Positions 50,939 through 59,392 of a DNA stretch of 64,000 bases are shown here, in pieces. How positions within the stretch are numbered: the first letter of the stretch is position 1; every line of letters starts with the position of its first letter. Origin of the DNA: Eubacteriales bacterium (GTDB taxonomy: Bacteria > Bacillota > Clostridia > Oscillospirales > CAG-272); contig JAZRQR010000157.1 in assembly GCA_045650025.1 (NCBI GenBank), positions 12,682 to 76,681 of the forward strand. Reading direction: 5' to 3'. The notes below the pieces were generated by a model that saw only the letters and a list, made by a program, of their open reading frames with translations, had not been told where the DNA came from and did no database searches. A program made the position numbers and the translations under genes.

Positions 50939-52504
50939 TTAGCTAAGTGCCTCGAGCAGCTTTACACGCGCTGCGTCGATCACATCTGCATCATCTGTAA
51001 AATCCTCAAACGTGCGCGCAACCGATTGGCTGATCGCCAAGGCAGCGGACGCATCCTTTTGTCCAAGCATATGCAAGAGCTCCCAGTCGTAAAGTCCCTC
51101 GCGCGTTGCCACCGCTCTGTTAGAGGGCAGCACGTCAAAGTGCTCTGCGTCGGGATACACGATATAGCCGTCACCCTTGTATCTTGCGCCCGGCTGAATG
51201 CCGTAAATGGTCTTTTCGCTCCAGTAGTTAAAGCCCCAATGCAAAAAGCCCGTAATGCCCTGCGAGTAGCATGCCCACTTGATCAGTCGGCTATAGGAAT
51301 GCGGCAGATCCAAAAACTTGTTAAGCCACCAGTTTTCCTCAGGGAAGCAGCAGCTATAGCACCACACCGTGTCCCCTGCCGCTTGTCTTGCGCGGTAGAA
51401 CGCGGGATCGGACGCATACACCTCAAGTCTGGGCACGTACTGATCGCACGCGCCTGCCAGCTGCTCGGCAACGGCATGCGTATCCAAGGGCTCGCCGCAA
51501 GGCACGCCCGGGCAGACCTCGGAAACGATCTTTCTTGCCCAAAGCCAATGATCGGGCAGGTGCGGCTCATCCTGCAGGCGCAGCACCAGCATGGAAAGCC
51601 AGCCCTTCTCGGAAAAGTGATGGTACACCGCTCCCCAGAAGTTTCTTGCCCATTGCTCGGCATCGGGGGTGCCGATCTCATAGAGTGTAAATTTTCCCTC
51701 TTCGTCAAAGCAGCGCACGGTATTGCCGAACACGGGCGAGATCTGCGCGCACATGGTCAGGTAGCGGAAGCTACCCTCACGCAAGAACAGCTCGATAAAG
51801 CGGTCCAGCAGGGTAAAATCAAAGTGCCACTTATCCGCGCTGACGCGGCGCGAGCCCGCATCGATCAGAAAATCCAGAGGCGTGATATTCAGGCTGTTGA
51901 CGCGCAGCATTTTCATGGCGTGCGCGTAATTTGCCATCAGCTCCCACCACTCGTCCGAATAACGGTAGGTGTCGTAAAACGGCTTGACGGGCGGCTCCCA
52001 GCTCTGCCCCTTGGGGGCAAAATAGCCGGTGTCGCAGAAAAAGTATTCATGCCCAAACGCGGAATTTGCCGGCTCGGGAATGGTGACGGGATAAATGCGC
52101 AGATACAGCTTTGCCTCCACGTCTCCGCGCGTGGTCTTGACAAGGCAGCTCACCAAGGTCTTTCCCTCGGCGGCCTCTGCCGGCACCCAAAGATGCACCC
52201 AGATGCCCTGCGTGGTATTGAGCGGCACGTGCACGCTCTTACCGGGCTTTTGGATATCCGGATACGGCAGTCCGTCGTTAAATACGGCATACTCCTGCAG
52301 GCAGACCTCTGCCGAAACGCCCTCGGGCAGCCCCGAGACGGTTACGTCGGTAATATCAAACGCCAGATCAACGTCGCGAAACAGCAGCTGCGCGCTGACG
52401 AACATATTCTTACCCGTGTGCAAAAGCAAGCTTGCACAGTCATTCTTTTGCTTGCGCGTATGCTTGTACACACGCGCCGCTGACGGCTTACACCAAAAAT
52501 CCAT
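50939..52504 (-). CDS. DUF4091 / GH123-like glycoside hydrolase family protein, cytoplasmic
   Basis: Track ORF of 521 aa with RBS AAGGAGA. Pattern: TVWCYSCCFPEENWWLNKFLDLPHSYSRLIKWACYSQGITGFLHWGFNYW...KGDGYIVYP. No signal peptide. Confidence 0.75.
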   Translation of the reverse strand: MDFWCKPSAARVYKHTRKQKNDCASLLLHTGKNMFVSAQLLFRDVDLAFDITDVTVSGLPEGVSAEVCLQEYAVFNDGLPYPDIQKPGKSVHVPLNTTQGIWVHLWVPAEAAEGKTLVSCLVKTTRGDVEAKLYLRIYPVTIPEPANSAFGHEYFFCDTGYFAPKGQSWEPPVKPFYDTYRYSDEWWELMANYAHAMKMLRVNSLNITPLDFLIDAGSRRVSADKWHFDFTLLDRFIELFLREGSFRYLTMCAQISPVFGNTVRCFDEEGKFTLYEIGTPDAEQWARNFWGAVYHHFSEKGWLSMLVLRLQDEPHLPDHWLWARKIVSEVCPGVPCGEPLDTHAVAEQLAGACDQYVPRLEVYASDPAFYRARQAAGDTVWCYSCCFPEENWWLNKFLDLPHSYSRLIKWACYSQGITGFLHWGFNYWSEKTIYGIQPGARYKGDGYIVYPDAEHFDVLPSNRAVATREGLYDWELLHMLGQKDASAALAISQSVARTFEDFTDDADVIDAARVKLLEALS

Positions 52505-52535
52505 GGTTTCTCCTTTGGGGAAGCTCCCCTGTCAT

Positions 52536-53975
52536 TTAATCCTCAAATTGTTTGATCAGCTTCTTGAGTGCTCTTTCTGCCTTCTTAGCTGCAGAGTTGT
52601 AAGAAGAGGAGAAGGAGTTGGTTCCCTTGGAAACCGCACCCTGGAACGTGCCGGCGAGTGCCAGTTCGCTGTAGTAGTTGACCAGGTCGTAGGTACGGTT
52701 GGAGAAGATGATATCCAGCATGCCTGCGGATTCCTCGTCACGCACCGTCTTACGCTTGAGCACCAGCTCGTAGTAAGTGGGGATCACGTGCTGACCGGAC
52801 AGGATTGCCATGCACTCCATGACCTTGCTGACGTCCTCGACGTTCTGAGGGCCTACGGGAACGACCATGGTAGAGGAAATGCCGTGTACCCAGGTGGTAT
52901 ACTGCTCCTGCGCCTTATCGTACTTCGGTACGGGCAGAACGCCAAAGTCATCCGACATATCCTTAAGGTTTACGATATAGCTTGCAACCTCGCTGTAGAA
53001 CAAGCCCTGGTTTGCAGCGAACATGAACTTAGCAGTTGCCTCGTCGCCCGCCTTTACGATAAAGGTGTTGTTACCCGAGTAGAAAATGCCCAGTACCTTA
53101 TCCAGCAGGTCGGTAGCCTTGAGCAGATCGGAATCGGTCAGGCACAGATAAGGATCGTCGTCTGCGGGGCACTCAATGTACTTAAGCCCCGAAGCGTAGA
53201 ACATGGTAGAGCCCATAGCGGAGGTACCGATCAGACCGTAGGTATCGTTGTCATCGTACTTACCGTCACCGTTTGCGTCATGCGATACCTTTTCTACGTA
53301 CGTACCGAACACATCCAGCGTCCATTCCTGGTTTTCAACCGTCTCGTAGAGGTTGTCCAGGCCCTCCTGCTCAGCCAGCTTCTTGGAGAACAGGATCAGG
53401 AAGGTTACGTCGTGCGCCAGGAAGTTGACGTCACTGTTCATCCAGAACACCTTACCGCCAATGTTCATAGCAGCCGTACCCTGGTCCCACCATTCAGCTT
53501 CCAGATCTACGTAAGGCAGTTCGTTGAAATCGCGGATCAGACCGCGGGTCGCCATGGTACCTGCGCCCACCATATCGGGCATCGCCAGGCTGTATTCGCC
53601 CGCGCCGCCCTTGATGTCGTTGGAAATCGTGGTGACAAGGTCAGCCGTGCCAACGGGCGAGACGAAATAGGTCAGCTTGCACTTTTCAGCCAGCTGCAGA
53701 TTTCTGGTGTATACAGCTGCCTCCAACGGGTCGGAACTGGTTTCCTCACGCATCATCTCGTTGATCGAGTTACCTGCGTCGTTACGGCAAACCACAGCAA
53801 AGTTTTCTCCTCCAAAGTCCACCTCAATATTGTCCAGTGCATTCTGCATGGCGTCGGTTTCCACCTCTGCATTGGTGCTTCCCTGCTCTGCGGGATCATC
53901 TGCATTCACGCAGCCTACTAAGACTGCAAGCAGCATAAGCGCTGCCAAAAACGTACATAAAAGCTTCTTGTTCAT
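52536..53975 (-). CDS. Extracellular solute-binding lipoprotein (large family-1-like), tandem paralogue 1
   Basis: Track ORF of 479 aa with a lipobox (LMLLAVLVGCVNA). It shares long identical runs with the neighbour, e.g. VIPTYYELVLKRKT[V/I]RDEESAGMLDIIFSNRTYDL. Confidence 0.78.
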   Translation of the reverse strand: MNKKLLCTFLAALMLLAVLVGCVNADDPAEQGSTNAEVETDAMQNALDNIEVDFGGENFAVVCRNDAGNSINEMMREETSSDPLEAAVYTRNLQLAEKCKLTYFVSPVGTADLVTTISNDIKGGAGEYSLAMPDMVGAGTMATRGLIRDFNELPYVDLEAEWWDQGTAAMNIGGKVFWMNSDVNFLAHDVTFLILFSKKLAEQEGLDNLYETVENQEWTLDVFGTYVEKVSHDANGDGKYDDNDTYGLIGTSAMGSTMFYASGLKYIECPADDDPYLCLTDSDLLKATDLLDKVLGIFYSGNNTFIVKAGDEATAKFMFAANQGLFYSEVASYIVNLKDMSDDFGVLPVPKYDKAQEQYTTWVHGISSTMVVPVGPQNVEDVSKVMECMAILSGQHVIPTYYELVLKRKTVRDEESAGMLDIIFSNRTYDLVNYYSELALAGTFQGAVSKGTNSFSSSYNSAAKKAERALKKLIKQFED

Positions 53976-54002
53976 CGTGAACCTCCGTGTATTTAAAATT
54001 TT

Positions 54003-55451
54003 TTAGTCCGTCGCTTCAAATTTTTTGACGATCTTTCCAAGCTCCTTTTCGGCCTTACTTGCCGCCTTGTTGTACTTGGAGGAGAAGGAATTGGTCTTTT
54101 CATTGACCGCCGCCTGGAACACGTGCATCAGACCGATCTTTTCGTAATAGTTTGCAAGATCGTAGGTGCGGTTTGAGAAAATGATATCCAGCATGCCTGC
54201 GGATTCCTCGTCGCGTATGGTCTTGCGCTTGAGCACCAGCTCGTAGTAGGTCGGGATGACTGACTGCCCTGAAAGCACCGCCATGGTCTCAATGACCTTA
54301 CTCATATCGTCAAAATTCTTGTTGCCCTGCGGCACGACCATTGTGGAGGAGATGCTGTGCACGTATGTCGTATACTTTTCCTGTGCCTTATCGTACTTGG
54401 GCATGGGCAGCACGCCGAAATCATCCGACATGGAGCGCAGACCCACAATGTAGCTTGCACATTCCACGTAGAAAAGCCCCTGGTTGCGGATAAACATTTC
54501 CTTTGCCACCTGCTCCTTACCGGCAGCCACGATGTAGGTGCTGTGTCCCGTATAAAGCAGATCCAGCAGCTTATCGAGCAGATCGCTTGCCTTGAGCAGA
54601 TCGGAATCGGTCATGGCAAGGTAAGGCTCACCGTCTGCATCGCAATCCACAAACTTGAGATCCGAGGCGTAGAACATGTTGTATCCCATGGTGCTGGTGC
54701 CGATCAGACCGTAATGATCGTTTTCATCAAACTTGCCGTTACCGTCCGCATCCGAGGACACGCGCTTGCTGTAAGCCGTGAGCACGTCCAACGTCCATTC
54801 CCCGTTCTCCACGGTCTCATAGAGGTTATCCAGCTCCTGCTGCTCTGCCATGACCTTGGAGAACATGGTCAGGAAGGTCACGTCGTGCGCCAGGAAGTTG
54901 ATATCGCTGTTCATCCAAAAAGTCTTGCCCGCAATGCTGATAGCGGCAGTACCCTGATCCCACCAGGATGCGTCCAGATCCAGATACGTAAGCGTATTGA
55001 GATCCATGAGCATATTCTGGGTTGCCATAGCACCTGCGTTGAGCATATTCGGGAATACCACGTCGTATTCGTTGGAGCCCGACTTGAGGTCATTGCTCAC
55101 GGTGCTGACCAGATTATCCGTCGGCACGATGGTGGCAATATAATTCACACGGCATCGCTCGGAAAGTGCCAGGTTGCGGCGATATACCGAATCCTCCAAG
55201 GGATCGGTACTGCTTTCCTCGCGTAAGATCTCAGTGACCGAGTTGCCCGCGTCGTTTCTGCCAAGCACGACAAAGTCATCGCCCTTCATATTCACGGACA
55301 ATTTTGCCAGCGCCTGCTCGTATTCGTCACCCGTTTCCTCTTCCGTGCAGGTCGTATTTTCTTCTGCGTCCGGCTCAGGGCTTGCGCAAGCACAAAGCAT
55401 GCCTGCAAGCGTGGCTGCTGCCAATAACAACGTCAAAATTCTACGTGTCAT
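54003..55451 (-). CDS. Extracellular solute-binding lipoprotein, tandem paralogue 2
   Basis: Track ORF of 482 aa with a lipobox (TLAGMLCACASP). It is colinear with 52536..53975. Confidence 0.78.
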   Translation of the reverse strand: MTRRILTLLLAAATLAGMLCACASPEPDAEENTTCTEEETGDEYEQALAKLSVNMKGDDFVVLGRNDAGNSVTEILREESSTDPLEDSVYRRNLALSERCRVNYIATIVPTDNLVSTVSNDLKSGSNEYDVVFPNMLNAGAMATQNMLMDLNTLTYLDLDASWWDQGTAAISIAGKTFWMNSDINFLAHDVTFLTMFSKVMAEQQELDNLYETVENGEWTLDVLTAYSKRVSSDADGNGKFDENDHYGLIGTSTMGYNMFYASDLKFVDCDADGEPYLAMTDSDLLKASDLLDKLLDLLYTGHSTYIVAAGKEQVAKEMFIRNQGLFYVECASYIVGLRSMSDDFGVLPMPKYDKAQEKYTTYVHSISSTMVVPQGNKNFDDMSKVIETMAVLSGQSVIPTYYELVLKRKTIRDEESAGMLDIIFSNRTYDLANYYEKIGLMHVFQAAVNEKTNSFSSKYNKAASKAEKELGKIVKKFEATD

Positions 55452-55619
55452 ATCCTGCTCCCCTTCGTGGTGAAATTTGATTACTGCCGAAGATGTCTAT
55501 TGAGATAATTATAACATATAAAATATAATTTTGCGAGGGGAAACGCCTATTTTTTCACGTGCTTTTCACATTTCTGCGTTTTTCACAAAACCATTTTTTC
55601 TTTCTCGGGCAGAATGCCG

Positions 55620-55663
55620 AAAAAAAGCACTCGCCTTGCGAAAAATCCAATGCAAAGCGAGTG
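55620..55663 (-). terminator. Rho-independent terminator of ddl
   Basis: CACTCGC...GCGAGTG (55628-55663). The A7 run at 55620-55626 reads as T7 on the minus strand. Confidence 0.75.
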
Positions 55664-55670
55664 ATTTTTG

Positions 55671-56702
55671 TTATTTGAGTGCCAGGCAGACCAGCTTTTC
55701 GCAAAGCGAATCGTAATCCATGCCTGCCGCTGCCGCCATTTGCGGCAAAAGGCTTGTGGGTGTCATACCGGGAAGCGTGTTTGCCTCCAGGCACCAAAGT
55801 CCGCCGTCATGATCCAGCATCCAGTCAAAGCGCGCGTAGCCGCCGAGCCTGAGCGCATCGAATGCGCGTGCGGTCAGCGCCGCCACCTCTGCTCTTGTCT
55901 GCTCCTCGATGGGTGCGGGGCAGATCTCCAGCGTCTTGCCGCCCTGGTACTTATTGGCATAGTCGTAAAATCCCTCCTTGGGAATGATCTCGATAGCAGG
56001 CAGCACCTCGCCATCCACAATGCCCACGGTCAGCTCCCTGCCCATGATGCGCTGCTCCACCAGCACGTAACGCTCGTATTTGGCAGCCGCCTGCATGGCT
56101 GCTGCAAATTCGCCCGCATTATCCACCATGGAAACGCCTACGCTGGAGCCGCCCGAGCAGGGCTTGACGACGCAGGGATAGCCAATGCTTTCGGGTGCGG
56201 TTTCGGGTACGCCCAAGGACAGATCCGCCAGTACCCAAGCCGGCGTGGGTACGCCCGCGCCCACCAGCATTTTCTTGGAAAGATCCTTATCCATCGCCAA
56301 AAGGCTGCCCACGTAGCCGGAGCCTGTATAGCGGATTCCAAACGAATCCAGCGTTGCCTGCAGCTGGCCGTTCTCGCCCATATCACCGTGCAGCGCCAAA
56401 AATACCACGTCTGCGCACTTGCAAATCGGAATGACGAACGGACCGATTTTAGCCTCGCCGTTGCCGCTTTGTGCCTTGATCGCCTCCAGATCGGGCACCT
56501 GCTCGCCTACGCTGTAGGCAGGATATTCGGTTGTAACAAAGCACTCGTCCATGCCCTTTTCGGACAGCTGCGTGCCAAGATATACGTCCAGCAAGCAGAC
56601 CCTGTGCCCTTTTCTGATCAGCGCGTTGGCGATCAGCGAGCCCGAGGTCAGCGAAACGTCGCGTTCGGGCGACAGACCGCCCATCAAAACCACAATATTC
56701 AA
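55671..56702 (-). CDS. ddl: D-alanine--D-alanine ligase
   Basis: Track ORF of 343 aa. MNIVVLMGGLSPERDVSLTSG..., ATP-grasp core, C-terminal EANTLPGMT. Confidence 0.92.
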   Translation of the reverse strand: MNIVVLMGGLSPERDVSLTSGSLIANALIRKGHRVCLLDVYLGTQLSEKGMDECFVTTEYPAYSVGEQVPDLEAIKAQSGNGEAKIGPFVIPICKCADVVFLALHGDMGENGQLQATLDSFGIRYTGSGYVGSLLAMDKDLSKKMLVGAGVPTPAWVLADLSLGVPETAPESIGYPCVVKPCSGGSSVGVSMVDNAGEFAAAMQAAAKYERYVLVEQRIMGRELTVGIVDGEVLPAIEIIPKEGFYDYANKYQGGKTLEICPAPIEEQTRAEVAALTARAFDALRLGGYARFDWMLDHDGGLWCLEANTLPGMTPTSLLPQMAAAAGMDYDSLCEKLVCLALK

Positions 56703-56726
56703 AATATCGTCTCCTTTACGGGATAA

Positions 56727-57548
56727 TTATCGGGTATATACGTATGCTACGCGGGGGTTGCCGCCCAGATCCTTTTGCACCTCGCAGGCAAAGCCCAGCT
56801 CACGGGCAAGCGCTTCGATCGCATCCTGCTGATCGTAGCCGATCTCAAAGAGCCAAAAGCCGCCCGGCTTTAGCACGTGCTGCGATTGCTCTAAGAAATG
56901 GCGGTAAAACAGCATGCCGTCCGCACCGCCGTCCAGCGCCACCTGCGGCTCATGCGCAAGCTCCGGGGCAAGTCCCTTGACCACCTCGGTGGGGATATAG
57001 GGAGGATTGGAAAGAATGCAATCAAACGCCTCGGCGAACGCGCCCTCCAAGGGCTGCAGCAGATCGCGCAGCACAAACGCAGCGCGACAAGAAACGCCGT
57101 TTTGCTCGCAATTGCGGTGCGCAAGCGCCAGCGTTTTGGGAAAGGCATCCACCAAGGTGGCACGCGCATCCGTTCGGTTTGCCAGCACCGCCGCAGCAAT
57201 GCAGCCGCTGCCCGTGCAAAAATCGGCAAAGTGCGCCCCTTGCGGAAGCGCGTCAATAGCGCGCTCCACCAAAAGCTCGGTGTCTGCACGCGGGATCAGG
57301 CAATCGGGGCTGACCGAAAAAGGCATGCCGAAAAATTCCCACTCGCCAAGAATATACTGCAATGGCTCGTGCGCAACGCGGCGCGCCACGGCATCGGCAA
57401 GCGACTCTGTGGCAAACTCCTCATCCATGCGAAAGGGCAGCTGCGCCGCACTCACGCCGCAAAAATGCGCCAGCAGAATGCCCGCCTCCATTTTGGCGTT
57501 TTCAATATCCGCAGCCTGCAGCTGACGGCACATTTGTCTGTACGTCAC
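56727..57548 (-). CDS. prmC: Release-factor glutamine N5-methyltransferase (PrmC/HemK)
   Basis: Track ORF 56727..57725. The start is moved to the GTG at 57548 (VTYRQMCRQLQ...), 6 nt after GGGGAGGTGA. Motifs: NPPYIP and DFCTGSGCIA. Confidence 0.82.
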   Translation of the reverse strand: MTYRQMCRQLQAADIENAKMEAGILLAHFCGVSAAQLPFRMDEEFATESLADAVARRVAHEPLQYILGEWEFFGMPFSVSPDCLIPRADTELLVERAIDALPQGAHFADFCTGSGCIAAAVLANRTDARATLVDAFPKTLALAHRNCEQNGVSCRAAFVLRDLLQPLEGAFAEAFDCILSNPPYIPTEVVKGLAPELAHEPQVALDGGADGMLFYRHFLEQSQHVLKPGGFWLFEIGYDQQDAIEALARELGFACEVQKDLGGNPRVAYVYTR

Positions 57549-57732
57549 GCGCTCACCTCCCCTTGCGATTTCACTTCTACCCATTATAGCATAAAATCCT
57601 CGTTCTGTCACATTTTTTTTGAAATTTTCCATATTTTTTTCTTGCTTCCCACTTTTGGGCAGAAAAATATGAATGGTTTGAAAACTTCGCGTAAAAATGG
57701 CATAAAAAGTTGCCGTATTTCTCAAAAAGTAC

Positions 57733-57761
57733 TTGATTTTTCATGCATTTTCCGCTATACT
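57733..57761 (+). promoter_or_regulatory. Promoter TTGATT-N17-TATACT
   Basis: TTGATT (57733-57738) and TATACT (57756-57761), upstream of the small ORF at 57798. Confidence 0.6.
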
Positions 57762-57797
57762 GTGTATAGAGAAAATATTTCAACGGAGGTAACACAC

Positions 57798-58016
57798 ATG
57801 AAACAGAACAACAAGTCTAACGTTTGGACGATCGTACTTATCTCCCTGGGCGTTGCTGCTGTAACCGCTGCCGGCGTTGCTGTCCTGATCAAGGTCATCA
57901 AAAAGAAGAAAGCACAGAAGCAGCTGGTCCTGGAATGGGACGATGAAGAAGCATTTGAGGAATGCCTGAACGGAAACGACGAATGCGAAGTCGTCATCAT
58001 TTCCGAAGCAATCTGA
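57798..58016 (+). CDS. Small bitopic membrane protein (72 aa), same architecture as 44294..44611
   Basis: It is hidden in the tail of the spurious track ORF 56898..58016. The ATG at 57798 follows GGAGGT by 8 nt. Sequence: MKQNNKSNVWTIVLISLGVAAVTAAGVAVLIKVIKKKKAQKQLVLEWDDEEAFEECLNGNDECEVVIISEAI. It has its own promoter and terminator. Confidence 0.65.
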   Translation: MKQNNKSNVWTIVLISLGVAAVTAAGVAVLIKVIKKKKAQKQLVLEWDDEEAFEECLNGNDECEVVIISEAI

Positions 58017-58039
58017 TCTGATCCCCGCATAACCGAATC

Positions 58040-58076
58040 GTGGGTGCCGTATCCAAATACGGCACCCACTTTTTTT
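58040..58076 (+). terminator. Rho-independent terminator
   Basis: GTGGGTGCCGT-atccaaat-ACGGCACCCAC (58040-58069), followed by TTTTTTT. Confidence 0.85.
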
Positions 58077-58086
58077 CATTTTCCTC

Positions 58087-58133
58087 TTGACAGCGTAACA
58101 TTGTTATGCTATACTGATAGCGTAACATTGTTA
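58087..58133 (+). promoter_or_regulatory. Promoter TTGACA-N17-TATACT bracketed by two copies of AGCGTAACATTGTTA (palindromic core GTAACAtTGTTAC)
   Basis: TTGACA (58087-58092) and TATACT (58110-58115). The 15-nt direct repeats are at 58092-58106 and 58119-58133. Confidence 0.65.
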
Positions 58134-58155
58134 CTCTCTACAGCAAGGAGGACGT

Positions 58156-58527
58156 ATGGAGCAGGAATTACTATCCAAAAAGGAGCTTTTGGAGCGCTAC
58201 GGCATATCCTACGGTGCGTTGTACCGCTGGAAGCGCAAGGGACTGATCCCCGAGGATTGGTTTATCAAAAAATCCACCGTGACGGGACAGGAAACCTTTT
58301 TCCCGAAAGCACAGATCTGTGAGCGAGTGGAGCTGATTCTGGGGCAAAAAGAGGATATTTCGTTGGACGAGCTGGCAGGCGCGCTCAATCAGGACGCCAA
58401 ATCGCAAGCAATTCTGACCGTCAAAACGGTATACGGCGACCGCACATTTACCCTTTCGGATATTCAAAGCATCACGCTGGATAAGGGAAACGGCGAAATC
58501 ATGGATTTAACCAAGTATGTCATGTAA
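58156..58527 (+). CDS. YhbD-like (DUF4004) MerR-type HTH protein
   Basis: Track ORF of 123 aa. LLSKKELLERYGISYGALYRWKRKGLIPEDWFIKKSTVTGQETFFP matches the YhbD-like pattern. It is followed by a bactofilin-like gene, as in the B. subtilis yhbDEF arrangement (recalled from memory). Confidence 0.65.
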   Translation: MEQELLSKKELLERYGISYGALYRWKRKGLIPEDWFIKKSTVTGQETFFPKAQICERVELILGQKEDISLDELAGALNQDAKSQAILTVKTVYGDRTFTLSDIQSITLDKGNGEIMDLTKYVM

Positions 58528-58539
58528 AGGAGAACGATT

Positions 58540-59262
58540 ATGGATATGAATATTTCGGGCAGCGGCACCGTTCCCGCAGGAGAATATGAGAACATTAAAA
58601 TCAGCGGAAGTGGGCATATGAAGGGCTCTGTGAAGTGTACTTCCCTGTACGTTTCCGGCTCTGCGGATGGCGAGAGCGTTGTTTGCGCAGGAGAGATCCA
58701 CGTCTCGGGCGCTTGTAGCTTTGAGGGCGACGTACACTCCAAGACCTTACACGTGTCCGGTGCTTGCAATTTTGAAGGCAACGCCACGGTTGCAGAAAGC
58801 TTCCATCTGTCCGGCGGCGTGAATATGGACGGCAATCTCAAATGCGGCACCTTGGACGTGCACGGCGGATTGCGCGCGGACGGTGATATTGAAGCGGAGA
58901 CCGTTTCGGTACGCGGCAATATTTTCAGCGAAGGACTGCTCAACGCCGAGCAGATCGATATCAATACCAAGAGCGGCTGCGCGCTGGGCAGCATTGGATG
59001 CAGCAAGCTCACCGCCACCTACACCAAGCGCAAGTGGTTTGCCAACCTGATCAACGTCACGTACAACGGAAAGCAGATCCGCGGCGTCATGGTGGAGCAA
59101 TCCATTGAGGGCGATGAAATCGATATCAAATACGTCATCTGCCCGCGCGTATCCGGACGCACGGTCAAGATTGGCGAAGGCTGCGAAATTGAGGTTTTGC
59201 AGTATAGCGAGAGCTGCGAAATCGATCCCAAAGCCAAGGTTGGGAAGATTGAGAAGATCTGA
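58540..59262 (+). CDS. Polymer-forming cytoskeletal (bactofilin-like, YhbE/YhbF-type) protein
   Basis: Track ORF of 240 aa. It has repeated beta-helix-like units: ISGSGTVPAGEYENIKISGSGHMKGSVKCTSLYVSGSADGE...IHVSGACSFEGDVHSKTLHVSGACNFEGN. Confidence 0.72.
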   Translation: MDMNISGSGTVPAGEYENIKISGSGHMKGSVKCTSLYVSGSADGESVVCAGEIHVSGACSFEGDVHSKTLHVSGACNFEGNATVAESFHLSGGVNMDGNLKCGTLDVHGGLRADGDIEAETVSVRGNIFSEGLLNAEQIDINTKSGCALGSIGCSKLTATYTKRKWFANLINVTYNGKQIRGVMVEQSIEGDEIDIKYVICPRVSGRTVKIGEGCEIEVLQYSESCEIDPKAKVGKIEKI

Positions 59263-59294
59263 TTTTGCAAAAACGCGCACGGCACATTTCTCAT

Positions 59295-59332
59295 AAAAAA
59301 GCAGGGACGACCCATGGTTGTCCCTGCTTTTT
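59295..59332. terminator. Bidirectional terminator between the bactofilin-like gene and sigF
   Basis: GCAGGGAC-11 nt-GTCCCTGC (59301-59327), flanked by A6 and T5. Confidence 0.85.
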
Positions 59333-59392
59333 GCCTCTATTTTGTAATTTTTTGTTGTTTTTTAAACAATTATTTTACTTTTCGTGTCGTAC

